Source of the DNA: Octopus sinensis
Taxonomy: Eukaryota
Length of the DNA: 64,000 bases
Direction: 5' to 3'
Assembly (NCBI RefSeq): GCF_006345805.1
Contig: NC_043000.1
Location: 157,728,001 to 157,792,000 of the forward strand
Shown: in pieces, positions 26,430 to 38,587 of the stretch
Position numbering within the stretch: the first letter of the stretch is position 1
Layout of the letters: each line of letters opens with the position of its first letter
Made by a program: the position numbers and the translations under genes
Notes under the pieces: model-generated
What the model was told of the DNA's origin: nothing
The model's database searches: none
Seen by the model: the letters and a program-made list of their open reading frames with translations, nothing else

Positions 26430-28830
26430 TATAATAATTTGGTCAAGGCAGCAAGTACTGTTGTAGCAGAAATCGTGGCTGCCGATGTCAAGAAAAAGAA
26501 ACATAATGAGAGTGACAAAAGAAAAGATCCATGGAGAAAAAGAAGAATCCAGGGAGCGTTAGACATGCTCTTGAAGGAAATCTCTGTGTTAGACCGAAAA
26601 GAGAAAGGGGAGCTTAAAAGCGAACAAAAATATAGGGCGCTGAAAAGGAAGTATAATATTGAAAGAAAGGGCCTCAAAGTAGTAGTGGAGGAACTGAAAC
26701 ATTGCCTCGTTGCAAAGAAAGCAAAGATGGTAAGATACGACCAAAGAATGAAAGTTTACACCAGAACGGGTTATTCAGAATAGATCAGAAGATATTCTAT
26801 AAAGAAATAAATGGGGGATGTACAGATGGTAAGTTGAGACCAGATAACATTGAAAGTCAAAGGTTTGGGTGTGACATCTGGACAACGACAAGGTGCACAA
26901 GAAGGAGGCTGAATGGTTGAAACAACTGAAACAAACAGTAGTCTGTCCAAAACAGGCAGAACTAGTCATTTCAGTTAGCGGAGTGAAGGAAATCAGCAAA
27001 AAAAAAAAAATGAACAACTGGAAGGCCCCGAGATCAGATGGAGTTCCAGGCTACTGGATCAAAAGATTTGGTGAATGTCATGCACGAATAGCTGCGCAAC
27101 TCAACACCTTGCTAAATGTCGACCAAGCAACACCAGAGTGGTTGACATTGGGTAGGACAGTGCTATGCCTGAAAAACATCGAAAAAGGCAATACGGTAGA
27201 CAATCGCAGGCCGATATCCTGTTTGCCACTTATGTGGAAGATATTGACTGGAATACTCGCCGAGTCAATGTACGAACGTCTAGAAAATAATGAAGTTATG
27301 CCTCATGAGCAGAAGTGTTGCAAGTGTGAGTGCAAAGGTATCTAGGATCAAAACCTGATAGATAAAACTGTACTCAGAGACTGCAAGAGGGGGAAAAGTA
27401 ACTTAGCCATATCATGGATCGACTATCGTAAGGCGTACGATACGATCCCGCATTCTTGGATTATGGAGTGTACGAACCTGTTTGGGATTGCATCGAATGT
27501 TGAGCGATTGCTTGGAAAAAGTATGCGAATTGGAAGACGGACATGACAGCATACGGAAGAGTTTAGGGACAGTAGAAATTAGGAGAGGCATCTTCCAAAG
27601 GCACTGCCTGTCCCCACTGATTTTTGTACTGTGCTTGATACCACTGACATTGATTCCGAGGAAAGCAAAAGCTGGGTATGTATTCAAAAGCCGCCAACAA
27701 AATGTCAACCGTTTGTTACTCATGGATGACCTCAAATTTTCGTATGGGTAGCAGACGAACTAAACAGCTCAGACAGAAAGATAAGGAATTTGCTAATTAG
27801 ATAGGGGTCACTTCACCCAAAAAGTGACAAAGATAGACTGTATGTACCAAGAAAAAGAGGGGGAAGAAGACTTATTGGATGCAAACACAGCCTTAGAGCA
27901 GAAAAAAGCAACATAGCATGGTATGTAAAAATGGCACAGAACCGCTAATATTAGAAGTAGGAAGGTCAGGCTTGTGAAGGATGAAAGATTGCAAAGATAA
28001 TGCACTATACAAGAAATTGAAAACGAATGAAGCTGAAAATAGGCCGATAAAGAAAAGAACGCATGGTCAATTTCATAGGGATGTTGAAGATAAGACAGAC
28101 AGAGAAAAAAGATGGCTGTGGATGACTAAAAGTGATTTGAAACCGGGAACGGAGGCTCGAATCTGTGCTGTCCAATAGAGAGCAATAACAACAAACTACA
28201 TAAATTACAGAATAGACAGCACATCAGAAAGTGATAAGTGCAGAATCTGTGGACAAAAAGGTGAAATAGTATGGCATATTACCAGAAGGAATACAAGAGA
28301 CGCCACTACAATATAGCCAGGCTTGTCCATTGGACAATTTGCAAAAAGTATGGACTTGATAGAGCAAAAAATTGGTACGACCACAAACCTGAAGTCATTG
28401 TGGAAAATAGAAATGCAATGATACTTTGGGATTTTATGATTCAGTGCGACCATGCGATTGAGAATAGGAAACCGAACATAGTCTTAATTGAAGAAAACAA
28501 ACTATGCTGGATAATAGACATAGCATGCCCAGATGGCAACCAGGTATGCGATAAGGAAGAAAGTTAAGTTGAGAAATATGACAGATTAACTTGGGAGGTT
28601 AAGCAGTTGTGGTCGATGAAAAATGTAGCAGTGTTAACAATAATTATCGGAGCCCTGAGAACAGTGAGCAAAAATCCCGAGAAGTACGTGGAAAAAATAG
28701 GGACTGCAATAAGGGTGGAGTACTTGCAGAAAACAGCACTGCTAGGAACCGCTGGAATACTCCGGGTGGTGCTGGAAAAATAAGTAGTACATCTCCAGCG
28801 TTAGAAGCTGTGCAAAAGCAACAACAATAA
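26430..28830 (+). mobile_element. R4/Dong-like RLE LINE, 5'-truncated and degenerate (family a)
   Basis: Fragmented ORF: WKAPRSDGVPGYWIK, RPISCLPLMWKILTGIL, WIDYRKAYDTIPHSWI, RRGIFQ..LSPLIFVLCL, LLMDDLK, RLYVPRKRGG, KCRICGQKGEIVWH, RKPNIV..IIDIACP and LQKTALLGTAGILRVVLEK*. Flanked on both sides by (TAA)n. Confidence 0.9.
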
Positions 28831-28916
28831 TAATGATAGTAGTAGTAGTAATATTATTATTAATAATGATAATAATAATGATAATAATAATAATAATAAT
28901 AATAATTCTTCTTCTT

Positions 28917-28947
<31 letters not shown>

Positions 28948-29012
28948 TTATTATTATTATTATTATTATTATTCTTATTATTATTATTCTTATTATTATT
29001 ATCATTATTTCA

Positions 29013-29350
29013 AATGTCGACACAAGGTCAGCACTTTCGAGGGAGGCGATTCGTTCATTACATCGTCCCCAGTGTTCAATTGGTACATTTTTAAGGACCC
29101 AAAAATGATGAAAAGCAAAGTGGACCTCGGCGGGAATTGATCTTAGAACGTAATGACGGACGAAATGCCGTTAAGTGTTTTGTTCAGTGGTATTTCATCC
29201 GCCTTTTCGTTCTGAATTCGAATTGCACCGAAGTTCTTTCGTCCTTTCCATGTCGATAAAATAAGTAACAGCTTAGAACAGAGGTCAATATAAACGCCTA
29301 ACCACCACCTCGCTGCACAAAACTGCTGGCCTTGTGTCAAAGTTTGAACT
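29013..29350. mobile_element. Head-to-head pair of family-B SINEs (minus 29013-29178, plus 29181-29350)
   Basis: GCAAAGTGGACCTCGGCGGGAATT (minus) followed by GGTATTTCATCCGCC..GTTCTGAATTCGAATT..GTCGATAAAATAAGT (plus). Confidence 0.75.
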
Positions 29351-30831
29351 CTATAATAACAGTAATAGTGATAATATACACTTATTATTATTGTTGATGA
29401 TACTGTTTGGCACTGTGCCACACTTAAGCCAGTAAATCTAAACGGTATTTAGCCGCGATTATCTTGTTTATTTTCAGGCATGGAATATCTTGAATTATTT
29501 TAGCTTGAGTAGCGATTCCTTCGTTGAGACGGTAAGCTATTTTTCTTTTTTTTTTTTCTTGGAGGATGGTGATGGTTTGTCTGCTATTTCTAGTATTTAA
29601 ACCAAGCAAGTATTAGCATGATCCTTGGGTGTATTCTCCGTTTGCATAAATTCTGCTCAAGGCTGTTTGACTATATTTGGTCAATAAGATTGGTTTAAGC
29701 TGTAGGAAATTTACTCTTGGCCGTTTTAATAAATTATTTGTTTGCCTCAAGTCATGGAGAAAGTCTGGTGAAGAAATCTTTGGTTTAATTTTGGCTTTAA
29801 TTTTGTGAGAAATAAAGTTTTAGAATCCTAAATCTTTCCACGTCATAGAAAAAGAAGAAAATTATTTTAAATCAGTTAAAATAATAAAATTGGCATTTCT
29901 CTCTGGGATATATAATGTTTCTGTTAAAGCATTTTGTTTGGTTTTATCATAAAAAAAATAACAAAATTCAAATGTAATGTTTACAATTAGATTTTCATTT
30001 TACTTGCATCATCAATATTCCAATGAGAGACATGACTCACTCTTCAACGTATTTCTATTATTTGATAGATCATCGGATTTAGTTTGTTGTTGATCTCCTG
30101 TCGTGCTTGGCTCAAGCTGACCTTATGTTAAATCTACACATACATAGTTCATATTGACTACACGTCATCCAGTTTCCCCTGGAACTCAACGAACGACCTT
30201 TCATAAGGTATTTAACAATCTAGATTTATTAATTTTCTGGTACAACAATTTGTGAACAATAGTCTCGAAGAACATTTTGTGTTCAAAGAAGTGATCTCAT
30301 GGGTTCCTCAATAGCTCATAGCTATATTTGTGTTGTCGACGGTTTTCCCGTGCATTCTTCCTTATCCTTTTTTGGAAAGAAGACAAACAAAATAGGATAT
30401 CGTAAGATCCCGTAATCATTTTTTATTGGCTGTAAATATATGAAAAATACATCACAGTATTATTCGATTCTCTACCAGAGCGTAAAAAAAAATTACCTCA
30501 AATACCAAAGGCAAAATTTGACAACGAAATAATAATGATTGAAAATTGAAGAACGCCCAGGATTTGATGCTTCAAACGGTACGTTATAAAATAACTGTAC
30601 TTGAGAATCAGAACCTGAGAACATATTAAAAAACTGGTACAACTGCCCTTATTTTGAAGCAGCAGGTGAGTAGATGCCTAAGGCTAATATCTATCTGTCT
30701 ATCTTCCTGTGTATCTCTCTGTCATTTCAGATCTATATAAATCTACAATTTAATATTTAAACATATCACCTAATTTCCACTAGCTACTTTTCTTTCTATT
30801 TATTCTTCTCTATCTATTTACATATCTATCT

Positions 30832-33775
30832 AAAGCACTAGCCATAGATAGAAATAGAGTAGAGGGTGAGCTAGTTAAGAAGCTAGAAGAGGCAATTAGA
30901 AGCGGCATCGCATCCGACGTTTTGGCGGCGAGGTTGGCCCTCGACCAACACTTCAACGCCAAACACGAAGGATGTGCTGTCAGAGCTAGGATGCGTGCTC
31001 TAAGGAACGAAGGTGTTGGAGCCGCGAGAGGGCCCGGGTGGCAGAGGCGCAACAGGGCAACAAAGCCACCATTCGGTCACTGGTAGATGAACAGGGGCGC
31101 GAATTGCTCGAGCCAAGTAAAATGTGTGAGGCCTTTCAGCAGCATTTTGCCCGACTGTTCGGAACGAGTGGAGGGCAAGAACGTAGGGTGGACTTCAGTG
31201 CCTACCTACAAGCCTGCCACGACTCTCGACAAGAAAGGCAGGGTGCTGCGAAGGTGCCATCACGGCGGCGGAAGTGCGGGAAGCGATGGCAGAATGCTCG
31301 AGGGACAAATCACCGGGTTTGGATGGTCTACCCTACGAATTTTACTATGTATGCCAGACTTGTTTGGAGACGTCTTGGCAGCGGTATACTGCAACTGGCA
31401 GCAAAACGGGAGCATACCCGGTTTTGTGAGTCGAGGAGCTGTAACTCTGCTGAAGAAAGATCCAAACAAGGGAAACATTATAGATAACTTTAGGCCAATC
31501 ACTCTGCTCAATGCAGACCTGAAAATTTTGACAAAGGTGTTAGCCAAGAGGTTGGCGCTTGTCATCGAGAAACTGGTCGACAACGCACAAACGTGCGCCG
31601 TGCCGGGCCGGAGCATCCATGACAACCTCCATCTGATGCGCTACATCATAGACAGGGTAGTTAACGAACCTGGCATGGGTGGGGCCCTGATCAACTTGGA
31701 TCAATCGAAAGCCTTTGATAGGGTAGACCATCGATACTTGGAGGCAGTCCTGAGAGCGGCTGGTTTCGGTCCCGTCTTCCGCGGCTGGATAGCTGCCTTG
31801 TACAGAGGCATCCGTTCGGTAATTCGCGTAAATGGACATCTATCGAGACCCTTCGACATTGCACGTTCGGTCCGTCAGGGATGCCCCCTCTCGGCGCTTC
31901 TATACGTATTGACTCTTGAGCCACTACTGCGGAAGCTGGCGACTCTGAGGGGCATCCCGCGAGAATTAGGATGCGGGACGAGCGTGTCTGCATACGCGGA
32001 CGACGTCACCGTCATAGTGTCAAGCCACGAGCACATCGAGCGGGTCGGCGAGACACTGAAAGACTACGAAGCGGTGACAGGAGCAAAAATCAACCGGGAA
32101 AAGTCAGTGGGCTTGCGGCTCGGCACCTGGAGAAGCAAACCCATGCCGTCCCCCAGTACCTCCGTCGTGGGACGCTGGACAGACGGCCCGGTTGAGTTGC
32201 TCGGGGTCTGGTTCGGTCCGGACCTCCAATGGAGAAGAACTGGAACGAGATAACGAGTAGAGTGGTCACTCTCGCCCAGCAATGGCCGAGAGGAAACTGT
32301 CCCTAAAAGGTCGGGCGGAGGTGGTGAACGCGTACATCGCGTCCATCATCTACTACCGCCTGACCGTCGTACCTTGTCCCGACCCTACCATCACCAAACT
32401 AGAACGCATCGTCTTCCGCTTCTTGTGGAAAGGATGCGTCCCGATGGTCAGGCGATCCATTTGCTGTCAACACACCGTTAAAAGGAGGGCTGGGCATGCC
32501 GTGGTTGATGATGCGCAGACACGCGCTGAGACTGCGACATCTCCGGCTCTATGTAGACGACGGTGAACAGGTGTGGTCGCCGTTTGTGAGGCACGCATTC
32601 CCGCAACTCGTCTCCATGACCGAACTACAGTCGTGGATCAAAAAGAGGCCGAAGAAGAGCGAATGGCACCGCGAGTGTCGCGTTGCTCTCAAGCAACTCT
32701 GCCGTCCTGGGTCGACCTTGAGTGACTTCAACAAAACCAAAGCATTCTATAGGGGATTAGTGGAGGGGAGGTACGACGACGAGCTCGGGGCAAACCTGGG
32801 CGTCGACGAGGAATACCTGACCCGCCTGTTTCAAACGACTTTCGGCCCGGGACCTATGGACAACTTCCAGAGATCCCTGGCCTGGCGGTGCTACCGAGAA
32901 GCGCTACCCGTTCGGGATAACCTCTATAGGCATGGCTCGAGAACACGGGGCCGACCTGCCCGAGATGCGGTCAGAGCGACGAAACCGCTCTGCACGCAAT
33001 CGTGCAGTGTCCAGCAATTTCCCACCTGGGCTTATGTCGAACGACTGCTGTCACGTGTGGGACGTGTCGGTTTATCCGCCGAGTCTATCGTTAATATCGT
33101 CACGCCTCCTTCCTTCAAACGGGAAGGAAGAGCTATTTTTATCATACTTGTGGCTATGGCGAAAGAATGTATCTGCGGACGCGTCTGAAAGGATTAGAGA
33201 CAAAACATTTCCTCTCTGGTCAATCTCTCATCAACTTCTTCAAGTATCACTTGAAGAAAAAAGTGAGAGTAGAGAGGCAAGTTTTGTCTAGTGAATGTTT
33301 TAAAAAATATGGGTGAATGTAGCAAGGATGGCACGTATGAATGACGAAGCCACCTTGACTATGATTCTATGAACCGTAAAAATTAATACAGAGAGTTGCT
33401 TATTTGCAAAAAAAAAAAAAGAAATATAACATGTGACTTCATTGACCGAGGTTACCGTGGTCTTTTCCGTAGGCTTTTCTTTCCACGGGAAACCTCACCT
33501 GTCCTCCCCTTTACACTTCATATTGACATTTCTGTGATACGATCCCTATTGATCAATTTTTTTCCTCTCCCCCCTTTTTTTTAACCCCCCCTTTTTTTGT
33601 CCTCTTTCTCTCCTTTTACGATCCCTTTTGATCGACCCCCCCCTTTTTAATTTAATTTATTTTTTATTTATTATTATTATTATTATTTTTTTTTTTTTTT
33701 AAACCTTCAAAAGAAAAGCTCTACCTTGTAATTTGTTCCATCTGTGTGCAGCCCTGTGTGGCTAATAAAGAAACA

Positions 33776-33776
<1 letters not shown>
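30832..33776 (+). mobile_element. Tx1/L1-clade non-LTR retrotransposon, 5'-truncated copy 1 (linker, RT, CCHC, 3'UTR; no endonuclease)
   Basis: ORF 31087-32253 has RT motifs (K)SPGLDGLP-like, NFRPITLLNADLKILTKVLAKRL, LDQSKAFDRVDH, VRQGCPLS and AYADDVTV. A CCHC knuckle GPTCPRCGQSDETALHAIVQCP lies at ~32948-33013. The pyrimidine-rich 3'UTR carries AATAAA at 33764, then (ATCT)n. The reading frame KALAIDRNRVEGELVKKLEEAIRSG starts right after ATCTATCT at ~30832. Several frameshifts are present. Confidence 0.93.
31087..32253 (+). CDS. Reverse transcriptase domain of Tx1-like ORF2 (fragment, frameshifted at both ends)
   Basis: 388-aa ORF with the canonical non-LTR RT motifs, including QGCPLS and YADD. 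Confidence 0.9.
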   Translation: MNRGANCSSQVKCVRPFSSILPDCSERVEGKNVGWTSVPTYKPATTLDKKGRVLRRCHHGGGSAGSDGRMLEGQITGFGWSTLRILLCMPDLFGDVLAAVYCNWQQNGSIPGFVSRGAVTLLKKDPNKGNIIDNFRPITLLNADLKILTKVLAKRLALVIEKLVDNAQTCAVPGRSIHDNLHLMRYIIDRVVNEPGMGGALINLDQSKAFDRVDHRYLEAVLRAAGFGPVFRGWIAALYRGIRSVIRVNGHLSRPFDIARSVRQGCPLSALLYVLTLEPLLRKLATLRGIPRELGCGTSVSAYADDVTVIVSSHEHIERVGETLKDYEAVTGAKINREKSVGLRLGTWRSKPMPSPSTSVVGRWTDGPVELLGVWFGPDLQWRRTGTR

Positions 33777-33831
<55 letters not shown>

Positions 33832-33849
33832 GATCTATCTATTTGTCTC

Positions 33850-33904
<55 letters not shown>

Positions 33905-33906
33905 GT

Positions 33907-33973
<67 letters not shown>

Positions 33974-34028
33974 CCTACCTACATACCTATCTATCTATCT
34001 ATCTATCGATCTATCTATCTATCTATCT
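33777..34028 (+). repeat. (ATCT)n microsatellite between the two Tx1 copies
   Basis: Direct reading. Confidence 0.97.
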
Positions 34029-35465
34029 AGGTGGCGAACACGTACATCGCGTCCGTCATCTACTACCGCCTGACCGTCGTACCTTGTCCCGACCCTACCA
34101 TCACCAAACTATAACGCATCCTCTTTCGCTTCTTGTGGAAAGGATGCGTCCCGATGGTCAGGCGATCCATTTGCTGTCAACACCCGTTAAAAGGAGGGCT
34201 GGGCATGCCGTGGTTGATGATGCGCAGACACGCGCTGAGACTGCGACATCTCTGGCTCTATGTAGACGACGGTGAACAGGTGTGGTCGCCGTTTGTGAGG
34301 CACGCTTTCCCGCAGCTCGTCTCCATGACCGAACTGCAGTCGTGGATCAAAAGAGGCGAGGAAGGGCGAATGGCACCGCGAGTGTCGCGTTGCTCTCAAG
34401 CAACTCTGCCGTCTGGGTCGACCTTAAGTGACTTAAACAAACCAAAGCATTCTATAGGGGTTAGTGGAGGGGGGAGGTACGACGACGAGCTCGGGGCGAA
34501 CCTGGACGTCGACGAGGAGTACCTGACCCGCCTGTTCGGGACGACTTTCGGGCCAGGGCCCATGGACAACTTCCAGAGATCCCTGGCCTGCAGTGCTACC
34601 GAGAAGCGCTACCCGTTCGGGATAAGCTCTACAGACACGGCTCGAGAAACACGGGGCCGACCTGCCCGAGATGCGGGCAGAGCGACGAAACCGCTCTGCA
34701 CGCACTCGTTCAGTGTCCAACAATTTCCGACCTGTGGGCTTATGTCGAACAACTGCTGTCACGTGTGGGACGAGTCGGTTTATCAGCTGAGTCTATCGTC
34801 AATATTGTCACGCCTCCTTCCTTCAAACGGGAAGGAAGAGCTATTTTCATCATCCTTGTGGCTATGGCGAAAGAATGTATCTGGTGGACGCGTCTGAAAG
34901 GATTGGAGACAAACACTTTCCTCTCTGGTCAATCTCTCATCAACTTCTTCAAGTACCACTTGAAAAGGAAAGTGAGAGTAGAGAGGCAAGTTTTGTCTAG
35001 CGAATGTTTTAAAAAAGATGGGTGAATGTAGCAAGAATGGCACGTATGAATGACGAAGCCACCTTGAGCATAGTCCTATGAACCCAGAAATCGAAAACAG
35101 AGAGTTGCTTATTGCAAAAAAAAAAAAAAAAAGAAATAACATGTGACTTCATTGACCGAGGTTACCGTGGTCTTTTCCGCAGGCTTTTCTTTCCACGGGT
35201 TAAACCTCACCTGTCCTCCCCTTTACACTTCATATTGACATTTCTGTGATAACGATCCTATGATCATTTTTTTTCCTCTACCCCCTTTTTTTTTTTTTTT
35301 TTTTTTTTTTAACCCCCCTTATTTTTGTCCTCTTTCTCTCCTTTTACGATCCCTTTTGATCGAACCTCCCCCTTCCTTTTTTTTTTTTTAATACCTTCAA
35401 AAGAAAAGCTCTACCTGTAATTTGTTCTATCTGTGTGCAGCCCTGTGTGGCTAATAAAGAAACAT
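34029..35465 (+). mobile_element. Tx1/L1-clade element, 5'-truncated copy 2 (ORF2 C-terminus and 3'UTR)
   Basis: Colinear with 32319-33776 of copy 1 but with many substitutions. Starts immediately after (ATCT)n and ends ...GGCTAATAAAGAAACAT followed by (ATCT)n. Confidence 0.93.
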
Positions 35466-35468
35466 ATA

Positions 35469-35507
<39 letters not shown>

Positions 35508-35527
35508 TATCTATCTATGTATGTATC

Positions 35528-35606
<79 letters not shown>

Positions 35607-35660
35607 GTATCTATCTATCTATCTACCTACTTACCTATCTATCTATCTATCTATCTATTC

Positions 35661-35713
<53 letters not shown>

Positions 35714-35737
35714 CCTATCTATCTATCTATCTATCTA
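35469..35737 (+). repeat. (ATCT)n microsatellite after Tx1 copy 2
   Basis: Direct reading. Confidence 0.97.
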
Positions 35738-35967
35738 TTTGCCGCTTCATTAAAAGCTGTATTTATACACATATGTCTATAGAAACTATTTTTAATTCAG
35801 TTTCTTTTGTCTTTCTAATTCTCTTTCTCTCTTACGTCTACTTTCATTCCTCATTCCCTTTCTTCGAGTACTTATTTCTTTATTGACGCATGCCATTTAT
35901 CCAATTTTTTTTCTTCAATTTCCTTATTATATATTCATGAAGTCTATTTTGCTATTTATTATTTACG

Positions 35968-36006
<39 letters not shown>

Positions 36007-36175
36007 AGAAATGTGTATACATATGTGTATACATAAGCTGATATTAGATGTCAGTATTGTAGAGGAACGAAATTGAATAAATACAAGGAAAGAGAGGGTG
36101 AAAGAGAGGTGAACGGAGGAATTCGCACGCAATCCCGCACACATATACATAGCTAAATACATTCCTACAAAAATG

Positions 36176-36218
<43 letters not shown>

Positions 36219-36595
36219 ATATATAATATATATATTATATATATATATATATATATTTATGTATGCATATATTTGTATTTCTGCTATTTTCTAACAGAAA
36301 TAGAGAGATACTTAGTTGCTTATATTTATACATGCAAGAAAGATTAACTAAACCTCATATATATATATATATGTATGTATGTGTGTGTAGGTAGATCTCT
36401 AGGTACATCTGACTGATAGATATATAGATGCCGAGATAATCGTCTATCCTCCCTCCATCCACTCACCAACCAGTCTGGGAGATAGGCAAACAGACAGGTA
36501 GGCAGAGAGAGACAGAGCGACAGACGGGCAGACAGAGAATTAGAGCGTCAGATTGCGAGACAGATAAACGCATACATATCCATGAAGAGAGAGAA

Positions 36596-36639
<44 letters not shown>

Positions 36640-36925
36640 GGAGAGAGAGAGAGAGAGAGAAAGGGGGAAAGAAAGAGAGAGAAAGTAAGAGAGAGAACGA
36701 GAGTGAAAGAATAGGAATTTGGTAAGGAAAGGGAGCAAGAAATTGAAAATAACAAAAATTGCCTAGAGCAATGTCAGCAATATTATATAAGAGACAATGC
36801 CAAAGAATGTCTGCCAAATATTCACATAAACACATGCATGGACATATAGAAACAAAAGTCATATATATGTACATATCTATGTACTTACATTTAGTATATA
36901 TGTATACATATACATATACATACAT

Positions 36926-36978
<53 letters not shown>

Positions 36979-37147
36979 ATTATATATATATATATAAATA
37001 CATACATATACATATGTATACATGCACGCATACGAAGGTCTACCCACACACAATACACAGAAACATACTACACACACACATACACACACACATACACACA
37101 CACATATATATATATATACATATAAACATATACATTCTCACATATAT

Positions 37148-37198
<51 letters not shown>

Positions 37199-37462
37199 AA
37201 CATATACATTCACACATACATACATATACATACATATATATACGTCTGTACACACATACACACGCACACACACACACACACACACAAATATAGGCATGCG
37301 TACATAATCCCATTTACAAAGAAACATGCATGCCTATCTGAACAAATTACCGCAGCCATTATACATAGATTTTGCGCAGACAAACGCAGAGAGAGAATGA
37401 GAAGGAAGGACAGAAGGGAAGAGGACAGACAAGGACGAGTTAGTGAGAAGGGGAGAGAAAGT

Positions 37463-37502
<40 letters not shown>

Positions 37503-38464
37503 AATACAAACCACGAAATAGCGTCAATAAAACATATCTGTATATGCGCTATGACACGTTCATTACACCCATATAACGACATATACTCCACAGAATTATG
37601 TCCAGCTTCAAATTATCTCGCACGAAATATCACAAAGAGCTGCTGACGCAAGACGTCAGAAATATACAATAATTCTAGAGATTGTTATGTAACTGAAACA
37701 CAGAACATATGAATTAATTTTATATAGGAATGTACTTCAGAACTGATCGAAATTAAGCTCATAACTAAAGGAGAGAACGTGTGGGCTTGACATCCAAACT
37801 ATCATATTTTCAATTTGAAAGTGTGTAAGCAGTCAGAAACACACATGGTTCCTTAGTCAGGCTATTATTCAGATAACTATATTTATATTAATTCACTGAA
37901 ATAGGAGCTAACACATATAAAGGGGTGACCACAATTACTATACGAAGACAATACAGCAGTATCGTGAAGAAATAATCTTGGAACAATGGTTAAATCATTC
38001 TAACTAAAGAAAATATGAGAACTCCAAATCAGTACATACACACATATCCACATGTAACCGAATAGGTATGTGTGTAATTATGTATAGATATATATACTGG
38101 CATGTACATATATCTACATTTATATATATTTCTATATAAAGTATGTATACATTAACCCATCTCTAGTGATCTGGTGTGCTAACTTTCTTTATCTTTACTA
38201 ATTTCTAAATATATAATTGTATTGTATAATGCATAGTATGCATATTAGTGAAGATAAGTAAACTAACATATTACACACTAAAATTATTAATAATTGATGA
38301 AGGTTGCGAAACAGACGTAATCCTAATAATGAAAAACGGTTAACATCTCATATCTCCTAAATTTTTATTGTCTGTACGTACATACTCACGCAGTAACAAA
38401 TACACATATATATCACTTATTTAGTACCTTTATAAACAGGGTTAATTCAGAGGTTTCTCTGCAG

Positions 38465-38552
38465 ATCGGTTCTATTCTAGCAAAAACTGTCCGACGAACG
38501 GGAACGTGAAACTCAGAGTAACAGGTTTTGTTCAATTTTCTGCTGCTTTTAC

Positions 38553-38587
<35 letters not shown>

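Noticed and set aside
29408-29422. TTGGCACTGTGCCAC, an NFI-like palindrome
   Set aside because: A single motif that could arise by chance in 64 kb.
30810-34762. Antisense ORFs over the Tx1 copies
   Set aside because: Shadow frames of GC-richer retroelement coding sequence.
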